NCBI GenBank assembly: GCA_041740355.1
Contig: JBGSMD010000030.1
Coordinates: 64,001 to 128,000 of the forward strand
Source: Bdellovibrionota bacterium
Lineage (GTDB): Bacteria > Bdellovibrionota_C > UBA2361 > CALJRW01
Direction of reading: 5' to 3'
DNA length: 64,000 nucleotides
The notes beneath the pieces were generated by a model, which was given only the letters and a program-made list of their open reading frames with translations, searched no databases and was not told the DNA's origin. A program made the position numbers and the translations under genes. Each line of letters starts with the position of its first letter. Positions within the stretch are counted from its first letter, which is position 1. Shown in pieces: positions 42,562 through 51,111 of the stretch.

Positions 42562-43188
42562 TTAATGTAATTCTCTCATTATTCCGATTACTCTTCCCTG
42601 AACTGTTACGCTATCTAAGGTAATTGGTTGTAGAGTAGGGTTAGCAGGTATTAGCATAACTTGCCCGCTCTTTAATCGACGATATTTTTTTAAAGTTGCT
42701 GTGCCATCATCTAAAAGTGCCACAACAATTTGTCCATTCTCTGCCGTATCTTGCTTACGAATTACAACAATGTCGCCGTCACAAATGTGCTCATCAATCA
42801 TTGACTCTCCGCTAACTTCCAAGCAATAAATTTCACCTTTGCCATTAATCATGCTTGGTGGAATATCAATCATTGTTTGTTGCTCGATGGCTTCAATCGG
42901 ACGACCGGCAGCAATTACTCCGGCAAGTGGAACTGCTGTTGGACTCATCTCTGGGGAATCACAATCAATTAACTCAATTGCTCCATCATCGCCTCTTTGG
43001 ATAAAGCCTTTGCTTTCTAGTCTTTCTAAGTGAAAGTGAGCAGTAGAAGGGGATTTTACTCCAATTGATGTGCAGATATCTTTAAGGGTTGGCGCAAAGC
43101 CATGCTCTGCCATGAAATTTCTTAAGAATTCCAATGTTTTACGTTGTACAGGGGCGAGACTACTAGTTTTATGGGAGTTAGTGCTCAT
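42562..43188 (-). CDS. lexA: SOS repressor LexA
   Basis: wHTH (APTLKDI...SPSTAHFHL), cleavage site IAAG.P, VSGESM, ATLK. Confidence 0.97.
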   Translation of the reverse strand: MSTNSHKTSSLAPVQRKTLEFLRNFMAEHGFAPTLKDICTSIGVKSPSTAHFHLERLESKGFIQRGDDGAIELIDCDSPEMSPTAVPLAGVIAAGRPIEAIEQQTMIDIPPSMINGKGEIYCLEVSGESMIDEHICDGDIVVIRKQDTAENGQIVVALLDDGTATLKKYRRLKSGQVMLIPANPTLQPITLDSVTVQGRVIGIMRELH

Positions 43189-43204
43189 AATATTTGAATA
43201 TCTT

Positions 43205-43252
43205 AAAATCCGTTAGGATTTTGTTATATCCAAAAATACTAGAAACCGTCAA
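43205..43252 (-). promoter_or_regulatory. sigma70-type lexA promoter with adjacent palindromic operator candidate
   Basis: Minus strand TTGACG-N18-TATAAC, immediately followed by AAAATCC-N4-GGATTTT (43205-43222). Confidence 0.6.
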
Positions 43253-43348
43253 GAGGTTATTTTAAATATTTACTCCTCAAGTATTTCCTTCTACTAATTA
43301 GGCAAGTAATTTCATGACCTTAGCTATTTCATTAGATTATTGTATTGA

Positions 43349-43726
43349 TTATTCCTCTCGCCAAATCATTTGAAAAAAATCTGGGTCAACAGATTTTGCT
43401 GGGGAAGAGACCGGCAAAATCTCGGGAAACTGGCTAAGAATCGCCGCGACACCTAATTGAATAGCGCATGGTCTCCCCCCCAAGTAAGGCAAATTATCCT
43501 TGGTTGTAAGAAATGTTTCATAATTAAATGTTTTAGCTTGGTAACTATCTAAATCAACTTGACCATTTACTAAAGTAACATCATGAATTGTTCGGCAGTG
43601 ACCATCGGTAACATTTATAACTAGTGTATGTCCTGGAGTCGCAGTAGATCTAAAAAGCGAAGTTTTTTTGCCTTCAATTGTTGCCTCATGAATGCGGCCG
43701 TCAGAATCTGGTGCTTTAAAAATCAT
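43349..43726 (-). CDS. hypothetical protein
   Basis: 125-aa ORF, ATG start. Confidence 0.5.
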   Translation of the reverse strand: MIFKAPDSDGRIHEATIEGKKTSLFRSTATPGHTLVINVTDGHCRTIHDVTLVNGQVDLDSYQAKTFNYETFLTTKDNLPYLGGRPCAIQLGVAAILSQFPEILPVSSPAKSVDPDFFQMIWREE

Positions 43727-43830
43727 AATATTTACTACTTATTAATAAGATTTATAACATGATATCAAAATTCAGATGCTAAGCAATTTTAAAAAAACAA
43801 AGCAGCTAAGTCTGGTTAAACTTCTTACCT

Positions 43831-44604
43831 TTGGCTATATTGCAAATGGTGTTAAAACTTAAAATTACTAAAATTTGTGTAAATAAGGCTTTTTTGCTCA
43901 ACCTTCAAAAGACAGTACTCTTAATTCTAATTGTCCTTAGCCTATCTTCCTGCTCAATGTTTTACACAACTGAGCGAAATTACATTTATCAAGTAAAGCT
44001 AGGAGATACACTCGCTAGTATCGCCGCAAATTTTCAGATGGATTTCCGAGAATTAGCCCGCTATAACAGGATTACGAACGCTAATCAGATTATTGTTGGC
44101 CAGGTTTTAGAAATACCACTAAGTGCCCAAGTTAATGTAACTAGAAGGTCTGCTAATCCAATTGAGTTTGCCAAACCGGCCAAGTTTTTTAGAAAAAAAG
44201 GTAAATCTAACCACAATCTTCTAGCTTGGCCAATCAGAACTAATAAAGCTCGTCTAAGCTCAGACTATGGCTGGCGTTGGGCGAAATTTCATGAAGGCTT
44301 AGACATTGCTGCAGCTACTGGCACACCAATCTATGCTGCGCATTCTGGTCGCGTAATGATGAGTGGATATCAAATAAGTGGTTATGGTAAAATGTTAATT
44401 ATTCAAAAAGATAATATGCTAACCGTTTATGCCCATAACAGCGTTAACTATGTTGATGTTGGTCAGAATGTTAGTGCTGGACAACACATTGGCGATGTTG
44501 GTGCGACAGGGAAAGCCACAGGGCCGCACTTACACTTCGAAGTACGTTTCCGTAATTCCGATCGTAAATTTGTATCAGTTGATCCTGGAGAGTATCTGCC
44601 TTAG
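43831..44604 (+). CDS. LysM + peptidase M23 lipoprotein (NlpD-like)
   Basis: Lipobox LSSC; YQVKLGDTLASIA; HEGLD, YAHN, ATGPHLHFE. True start is probably slightly downstream. Confidence 0.92.
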   Translation: MAILQMVLKLKITKICVNKAFLLNLQKTVLLILIVLSLSSCSMFYTTERNYIYQVKLGDTLASIAANFQMDFRELARYNRITNANQIIVGQVLEIPLSAQVNVTRRSANPIEFAKPAKFFRKKGKSNHNLLAWPIRTNKARLSSDYGWRWAKFHEGLDIAAATGTPIYAAHSGRVMMSGYQISGYGKMLIIQKDNMLTVYAHNSVNYVDVGQNVSAGQHIGDVGATGKATGPHLHFEVRFRNSDRKFVSVDPGEYLP

Positions 44605-44622
44605 AATAAAGGAATTAATTAA

Positions 44623-44696
44623 GTCCTCGTAGCTCAGCTGGATAGAGCACTAGTTTCCTAAACTGGGGGTCGGATGTTCGAATCATCTCGGGGACA
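44623..44696 (+). tRNA. tRNA-Arg(CCT)
   Basis: Acceptor GTCCTCG/CGGGGAC, D arm GCTC..GAGC, anticodon loop TTCCTAA, T loop TTCGAAT; CCA not encoded. Confidence 0.95.
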
Positions 44697-44734
44697 CTTT
44701 GACTTAAAGCGGAGATACTGTTTGGAAAAGTTCA

Positions 44735-44750
44735 CTTGTCGCGCCGAAGC
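44735..44750 (-). repeat. partial 30-nt hairpin element
   Basis: Minus strand GCTTCGGCGCGACAAG matches the 3' half of the family. Confidence 0.55.
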
Positions 44751-44893
44751 GACTTCAGATAGCTTGTAAAAATTTAAAGCTAGTTAGCAAAGATCGAGGT
44801 TTACAAGTCAACGTTTAATCGAAAAACTTAAACTTTATAATTAATAACTGACTTACTAAACATACCAAGTGAAAGTTAGATTTATTACCTAAT

Positions 44894-45925
44894 ATGCAAT
44901 ATTTAAAACTAAAATATTTATTGAGTTCCTTTTTCATATTTTTATCTTTAATAAATGATTCGTTTGCTGAGACCTTTCCAGAAATGAAGCTAATACCTGC
45001 TGGAGAATTCCAAATTGGTTCGCAGTCTGATGGTTCAATGCCAAATGAAAAACCTGTGTATCCAGTAAAGATAGCTAGTTTTTTGATGGACGAAACTCCG
45101 GTAACAAATCTATAATTTGAAAAATTTGTCCAAGCTACAAAGTTTCTTACGACTGCCCAACAGCCTTTAGATTGGGAAGAGCTAAAAAAACAAGTTCATC
45201 CAGAGACACCTAAACCTCCTGAGGATATTCTTAAACCAGGGTCATTAGTATTTGTTCCGCCTGACCATGCTGTTGATGTGGGTCACTTAGAGAATTGGTG
45301 CTTCTTGGAAAAATCCGCAAGGACCAAATAGTAATGTCAACGACAAACAAGATTATCCAGTTACTCAGGTTGGGATGATGCCAAAGTATATTGCGCTTGG
45401 GCTAAAAAACGCTTACCGACTGAAGTGGAGTGGGAATATGCGGCACGCGGTGGAAAATCGAGTGCTCGTTATTTGTGGGGTAATGAGTTTAAACCTAATG
45501 GAAAATGGATGGCAAATACATTCACCGGAACTTTTCCATTTAACAATACAATAGAAGATGGCTTTGAAAAAACTTCACCAGTAAAAGCTTTTCCTGCAAA
45601 CAATTATGGACTTTACGATATGGCTGGAAATGTCTGGCAGTGGACGGCAGATCTTTACAGTGTAAATTCCCACGTTGAGGCAGCCAGCGAAATTAAAAGC
45701 AAACAGTTGTCTTGTCATAGTAATCCACAAGGCCCTAAAGAAACATTCAATCCTATCCGCGCAGTTCCAAATTCCCCAGAGCGAGTAATCAAAGGGGGAT
45801 CTTTTTTATGTCATGTAAGTTACTGCGAAAGTTATCGGCCTTCTGCGCGTCGCGGCACACCACCTGATACAAGTTCAGAGCATGTGGGATTCAGATGTGC
45901 CAAAGATAGCAAATCAGAAATCTAA
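44894..45925 (+). pseudogene. formylglycine-generating enzyme (sulfatase-modifying factor) pseudogene
   Basis: FGE motifs spread over three frames (IPAGEFQIG, DETPVTN*F, GASWKNPQGP, WDDA..YC.W..KRLPTE.EWEYAARGG, RVIKGGSFLCHVSYC); in-frame TAA at 45113 and frameshifts near 45298 and 45370. Confidence 0.9.
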
Positions 45926-45981
45926 ATTTGTTTCTCTAGTATCTTTGATAAAAATTCTTGATTAGGGCATTTTTTAAAAAT

Positions 45982-46129
45982 AGTAATAACAAAAAATAAT
46001 TTACTGCCTGCCTAGCCGAAGCTTCAGCGAAGGCTGGTTAGTAAATTGCATAGCTAAAAACAACATTAATAGTGAGTTCAAGCAAAATCGTTAATCATTT
46101 AAAGTAATTTATTTATTGGACTCACTATA
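45982..46129. repeat. left copy of long inverted repeat (composite; contains 30-nt element 46008-46037 and Correia-like palindrome 46069-46129)
   Basis: 45982-46047 equals the reverse complement of 49987-50052 at 65/66; 46046-46129 resembles the reverse complement of 49829-49911. Confidence 0.9.
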
Positions 46130-46311
46130 TCTTACTATCTCCTAAAAATATGCAATTTATCCTAAGTAAAAATCTGCTTGTTAATTGCAAATTTTTGAAG
46201 TAATTCAAAGTATAATGTAATTGTCTTTTGCCATTAAAGATCAAGCAAAAGTCTTATTCACAAACAATTTGATCTAAACGGATCTCAAATTTAAAAATAA
46301 GAGGAAACAAA

Positions 46312-47715
46312 ATGAATTTCAAAGACACTAAATTCCATTTCTTCCGAGAAGTTATCGCAGCTTCAATTTACGGAATATTGGCTTTAACATCAATTTCTAA
46401 TTTAGTTATCGCCGAAGAAGACACTTCTGCTGTGCAGTCTGATCAAGTGCAAATGGAAACAAGCCAAACTCAAGGCATTCTTCCTCTTCCAGATTATACA
46501 GGAGACATATGGAAAAGAAGTTTTCTAACTGGTGATTGGGGTGGAACTCGCACTGCTTGGGCGGAAAATGGAATCCAAATGGATTTGAATTATACTCAGA
46601 CTTTACAATCGGTGGAAGATGGAGGGCGTAATGAAAACTCAGCTTATAACGGTACGCTCGACTACAATGCAATTTTCGATTTACAAAAAATGGGAGTTTT
46701 GCCTGGAGCAATTGTTAAAGTTCGTGCTGAAACAAATTATGGTGAATCTGCAAATCGTAATTCAGGTGCGATCCTTCCAGTTAACACTGATGGGTTTTTT
46801 CCACTGACTGAACCACTTGATCAAGATATTCCGATAACTCTCACCAATTTAACATATATCCAGTTTTTATCAGAACAGTTTGCTCTAATGCTTGGTAAGT
46901 TTGACACACTCGATGCCGATACTAATGAGTTTGCTGGAGGACGAGGCACAAGTCAGTTCCAAAATTCAAACTTCGTTTTTAACTCTGCGGTCGCGCTTAC
47001 ATCTCCATATAGTACTTTAGGAACAGGGGCAATCTGGATGCCCTCTAAGAACATAACGGTCAGTAGTACAGTTTATAATACTAACGATTCTTCACGATCT
47101 ACGGGCTTCGATGATGTTGGTGATGGAGGATCTTGGGCAACTGAACTTCAAGCTAAGTATCGCTTGAAAAATTTACCGGGGGGGCAGAACGTCGGCTACA
47201 TTTATTCATTTAACAATGAGTTTTTTGAGCTTAATGGAAGATTCTCATTCCAACCAGGACAAGGTATTGTTGCTCCAAGAACTGATAAAACTTGGTCTGC
47301 GTACTGGAGTGGTTGGCAGTATCTTTATGTAGAAAATCCAAATGATGCACCAATTGATACAACTAATGGAAAAGTTGATCAGCAGGGCTTTGGATTATTC
47401 TCACGTTTTGGATTTGCGGATGATGATGTTAATCCAGTTGATTGGTCTTTAAGTGGTGGTCTAGGAGGAAAAGGTATCATCCCTAGTCGCGATGATGATA
47501 TGTTAGGGCTTGGGTACTTCTATACAAGCATCCAGAATGATAGATTTAGCGGAATTGATCTGGTCGCAGATTATGTAGATGGCTTAGAAGCTTTTTATAG
47601 CTTTGCTATTACGCCAGCTGTTAATCTGACTTTTAATGTGCAGAGTATTAAATCTGTCCAAAATAATCTAGATGAAGCAACAATACTCGGGTTGCGCTTA
47701 GGAATGCGTTTCTAA
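46312..47715 (+). CDS. carbohydrate-selective porin, OprB family
   Basis: LTGDWGGTRT.W.E.GI, GKFD..D, F.NSNF, EAFY, C-terminal GLRLGMRF; RBS AGAGGA. Confidence 0.9.
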   Translation: MNFKDTKFHFFREVIAASIYGILALTSISNLVIAEEDTSAVQSDQVQMETSQTQGILPLPDYTGDIWKRSFLTGDWGGTRTAWAENGIQMDLNYTQTLQSVEDGGRNENSAYNGTLDYNAIFDLQKMGVLPGAIVKVRAETNYGESANRNSGAILPVNTDGFFPLTEPLDQDIPITLTNLTYIQFLSEQFALMLGKFDTLDADTNEFAGGRGTSQFQNSNFVFNSAVALTSPYSTLGTGAIWMPSKNITVSSTVYNTNDSSRSTGFDDVGDGGSWATELQAKYRLKNLPGGQNVGYIYSFNNEFFELNGRFSFQPGQGIVAPRTDKTWSAYWSGWQYLYVENPNDAPIDTTNGKVDQQGFGLFSRFGFADDDVNPVDWSLSGGLGGKGIIPSRDDDMLGLGYFYTSIQNDRFSGIDLVADYVDGLEAFYSFAITPAVNLTFNVQSIKSVQNNLDEATILGLRLGMRF

Positions 47716-47770
47716 TTTGTAATCCATCGCTCAGTTATTTTGTAGATTATTGATTGCTGATAGTGGTAGA

Positions 47771-47824
47771 TATAGTTATGACAAAAAGTAATTCCCTAAG
47801 GAAATTAATTTTGGAATCTCTATA
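47771..47824. repeat. Correia-like palindromic element abutting a start codon
   Basis: TATAGTTATGACAAAAAGTAATTCCCTAAGGAAATTAATTTTGGAATCTCTATA, ending 6 bp before the ATG at 47831. Confidence 0.8.
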
Positions 47825-47830
47825 TTTACC

Positions 47831-48907
47831 ATGACATTTAGGCACTTCTTTATTTTATTATTAGTTTCTAGCTCATTATTAGCAGAAGAAAAATTCCAAG
47901 TTGGAAATATTTTGCCTTTATCAGGCGCGTACCATGAGTATGCCCATGAATGTCAGGAAGGTTTCAAAATGGCAGAACGGGAATCTTCCGATCTGTTAAA
48001 GCAAAAGATCCAATTTTTAGTAGAAGACGATCAATCGACCCCCAAGGGGGCTGTGAATGCACTTCAAAAATTATTAATTAATAAAAATTTATTAGCAGTT
48101 AGCCTTTTTAGCAGTTCCCCCGTGTTAGCTAATCAATCTAACCTTGTTACAAATCGTTTGCCTATGTTAGGACTTTCAGGACACCCCGATTTTTTGCCAA
48201 ACAATCCTTATGCAGTAAGTAACTGGCAAGAAACGTCGACAGAAGCGAAAGCTTATTTTAATTGGTTAACGGAAAATAATATTAAATCACTGGGAATCGT
48301 CACTTTTGAAAATGATTATCCTTTAGCCGTTAGAAAATACTTAAAGGAGTGGAGTGAGAAATCTGGGATTTCAATTTCCTTTGATGAAGAAGTTGTTGAT
48401 AGTGTCGATTTCAGGGCACTAATAGCAAGAATCAAGAAAAATCCCCCGGAAGTTTTTATGGTTAACTTGCTAGCCGGAACATTTGTTCCCTTTGTTCGTC
48501 AATTAAGAGAACAAGGCTATCAGGGGAAAATTTTATCTCTGAATGCTAATGGACGAAATGAGTATTTAAAGTCAATTGGAATAGAAGCTTCCAATGGTAT
48601 AATTTTTTTCGGACCAAACTATCATCAAGAATATTTTTTAAGTAGGCTTGCTCCAAATGTTTTGGAGGAAATGCCTCTGTCCTATGTTTACACTTGTTAT
48701 CTTGGTATGAAACTAATTACCACTAAGTTGGAAAAACGCTTAGAATCAAACACTCTAAGCAAAGAAAATTTTCTTCAGGATTTAATTTCGGCAGAATCTT
48801 TTATGATCGACGATCAAAAAATAGGCATTAAGAATCGCCGGATAAATTTTGATTTTGCAAAAATGGTGGCGCAAGAGGGGAGAATAGTCCATGATAGTGT
48901 TGATTAA
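47831..48907 (+). CDS. ABC transporter substrate-binding protein (LivJ/LivK-like), orphan
   Basis: Signal peptide, VGNILPLSG, EDDQSTPK, DFRALIARIK; paralog of 27590-28630. Confidence 0.85.
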   Translation: MTFRHFFILLLVSSSLLAEEKFQVGNILPLSGAYHEYAHECQEGFKMAERESSDLLKQKIQFLVEDDQSTPKGAVNALQKLLINKNLLAVSLFSSSPVLANQSNLVTNRLPMLGLSGHPDFLPNNPYAVSNWQETSTEAKAYFNWLTENNIKSLGIVTFENDYPLAVRKYLKEWSEKSGISISFDEEVVDSVDFRALIARIKKNPPEVFMVNLLAGTFVPFVRQLREQGYQGKILSLNANGRNEYLKSIGIEASNGIIFFGPNYHQEYFLSRLAPNVLEEMPLSYVYTCYLGMKLITTKLEKRLESNTLSKENFLQDLISAESFMIDDQKIGIKNRRINFDFAKMVAQEGRIVHDSVD

Positions 48908-49014
48908 TTTATTAACTTGAGTTCTACATTAGATTCGTAACGAGATATGCAAAGTGATTGAATTTCACAAGCTTAAATTATTAAAACTTTAGACACACTT
49001 TATAAGAATTAAAT

Positions 49015-49554
49015 ATGTTAAAAAAAGGCATTTGTTTTTCATTGTTTCTTCTCGGATTATTTTATTTTAATCCAGTAAGTGCCGATCTTAATAATGGAGA
49101 TTGTTCTCTTGAATGGCCAAAAAATTGGGAAGTAACATCAATGCCTCAATTTAGAGATGATCATGATAACTCCTTTGGTGGAAAACGATTTCGGGCGATG
49201 TTAAAAGACAATGAGGATCTAAAAGTTGCTCTGGAATTTACCTGTATTCCTTTAGCTAATAGAAAACTAAGTTTAGAAGGAGAGTTTGAAGCGGCTTCAA
49301 AAGCAATTGAGGCAGGATATCAAAAGATGGGACTGGAGGCGCAGTTTAGTCCAGCAACAAAAAATCCCCTAAACCAATCATCCACTCTGGAAACAGAAAT
49401 TACTGTCAGTGCTCCAGAAATAACTCTTAAACAAGCCTTGTTAATTGCGATTGATTCTCAATATCTTTATTCGCTTAGCTACACAGGTGTAGAATCTGAA
49501 TTTCAAAATAATCTTAAGGCCTATCAGGAAGCTCGGGCTAGTTTAGCTAAGTAG
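49015..49554 (+). CDS. exported PsbP/DcrB-like (DUF4946-like) protein
   Basis: Signal peptide, SLEWPKNWE, YLYSLSYTG, C-terminal helix. Confidence 0.55.
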   Translation: MLKKGICFSLFLLGLFYFNPVSADLNNGDCSLEWPKNWEVTSMPQFRDDHDNSFGGKRFRAMLKDNEDLKVALEFTCIPLANRKLSLEGEFEAASKAIEAGYQKMGLEAQFSPATKNPLNQSSTLETEITVSAPEITLKQALLIAIDSQYLYSLSYTGVESEFQNNLKAYQEARASLAK

Positions 49555-49828
49555 TCATATTTTTAATTAACCTTCATTTTAAGATGTGAGTCTTAATTAC
49601 ATAGCCTAAAGCCTTAAAAAATGAGGATATTTTAACTGTCTCGATAATACAGATTTAATCAAATGAGTAGATCGGCAGGCCCTAATTTTTTTCTTGATTA
49701 TTCAATTATTATTTAGTAAATAATTTGCCCAAATATACTTGGTAAAGTTTGTCCATGTTTGAAACAGCCTCTTACGAGGCAGCTTTGCAAAACAAGCAAT
49801 TCTTGTTTTAAGGCTGACTGGCATATTC

Positions 49829-50052
49829 TATAGTTAGTCCATAAAATAATTACTTTAAAAAACCAAGGATTTTGCTTGGACTCACTATTTATGTTGTTTT
49901 TAGCTATGCAAACTTGAATACTTGTCCGCCATAGCTTTAGCGAAGGTGGGAATCCAAGATTTGCATTAGCCGTAATGACTCTGTTTAATTTACTAACCAG
50001 CCTTCGCTGAAGCTTCGGCTAGGCAGGCAGTAAATTATTTTTTGTCATTACT
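49829..50052. repeat. right copy of long inverted repeat (Correia-like palindrome 49829-49888 plus a branched element with 30-nt insertions at 49921-49950 and 49997-50026)
   Basis: Reverse-complement match to 45982-46129 with an extra ~75-bp segment (49912-49986). Confidence 0.9.
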
Positions 50053-50091
50053 TTTATATGTTTTAGTGTCCATTTAAATTTGGAGATTCCA

Positions 50092-51048
50092 ATGCACTTG
50101 CGGTCTTATTGTAAGTTATTATTCCTTTCTTTTCTAATCTCCCTAAATTCTTTTGCTCAACCATCAAATCAAGAGATTCGTAGTGAATTCGATCAACGTG
50201 TTAATGCAGGTGTGAATGCGGTTACATTATTTAATTCAGATATGTCTGTATCAGCAGGTAATTATAAATTTGATGATACAGAATCAGATGCTAAATTTGA
50301 TTTATTTAAATTGCCCTATCAACATAAATTTGAGGCCCTTGATAATGGAATGAAGCCTGAGTTAAATTTGCTAGTTGCAAATTCTAAGATTACTAGTTCA
50401 CCAGAAATGCAACCTTCCGCCATTGGGATTAATGATTTCTCCGTAGTTGAAACCAATAGTTTTCAAGCTGGAGTTGGGTTGGCAATTCCAATTTTGGATC
50501 GACTGTCAATTATCCCAAGGGGGTCAGCAACTTATAGTCACTTAAAACGTAGCTATGATTTTAATAATAGCTTTAGCCAGACAAATCTTCAGCCCTACGA
50601 CAGAGATGCCTATAATACGAGTATCGATATCATGACCTACACGCCTAGTTTAGAGCTCCGCTACGAAACTAACGAAGAAAATTCCGGCAACTATGCAGTT
50701 TATACCCGATACAGCCAGTTATATAATCATTCTTTCGCCACGAAAAGTAGATTTGCTGATGTTGACTCTGATTCTGGTTTATTACAAAGTGGTCTGGAGT
50801 ATAATCAAAAATTAGCAAATAAAGTTTTAGATCGAGAAGTTTACTTTAAGCCTTACTTTGTTCAAACTAATTTGTATGGAGAAGCTAGGGAAGCACTAGA
50901 TGTTAGCTATTTTCATGAACTTGGTTTTAGTTTTAATATGATGGAAAAAAATCCTGAATTTATTTTAAGCCAGTATAATATCGGATTGTCTTATACTTAT
51001 GGAGAAGAATTTGATGGTATTAAATTTGAATTAGGATTTAAGCTTTAA
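50092..51048 (+). CDS. outer-membrane beta-barrel (solitary autotransporter barrel-like)
   Basis: Signal peptide, alternating beta-strand pattern, ends FELGFKL; GGAGA before ATG 50092. Confidence 0.65.
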   Translation: MHLRSYCKLLFLSFLISLNSFAQPSNQEIRSEFDQRVNAGVNAVTLFNSDMSVSAGNYKFDDTESDAKFDLFKLPYQHKFEALDNGMKPELNLLVANSKITSSPEMQPSAIGINDFSVVETNSFQAGVGLAIPILDRLSIIPRGSATYSHLKRSYDFNNSFSQTNLQPYDRDAYNTSIDIMTYTPSLELRYETNEENSGNYAVYTRYSQLYNHSFATKSRFADVDSDSGLLQSGLEYNQKLANKVLDREVYFKPYFVQTNLYGEAREALDVSYFHELGFSFNMMEKNPEFILSQYNIGLSYTYGEEFDGIKFELGFKL

Positions 51049-51111
51049 ATTTACAATTTTATATTTGATGGCGACTCTTTTGATTAGCCAACTTATTGTT
51101 TTTACTAAATT

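Noticed and set aside
45113-45115. Stop-codon readthrough or recoding in the FGE gene
   Set aside because: The codon is TAA, other genes end normally in TAA, and two further frameshifts indicate decay.
46119-46129. GACTCACTATA resembles the T7 promoter core (also near 49879)
   Set aside because: It lacks the upstream TAATAC and downstream GGG, and is simply the terminus of the palindromic repeat family.
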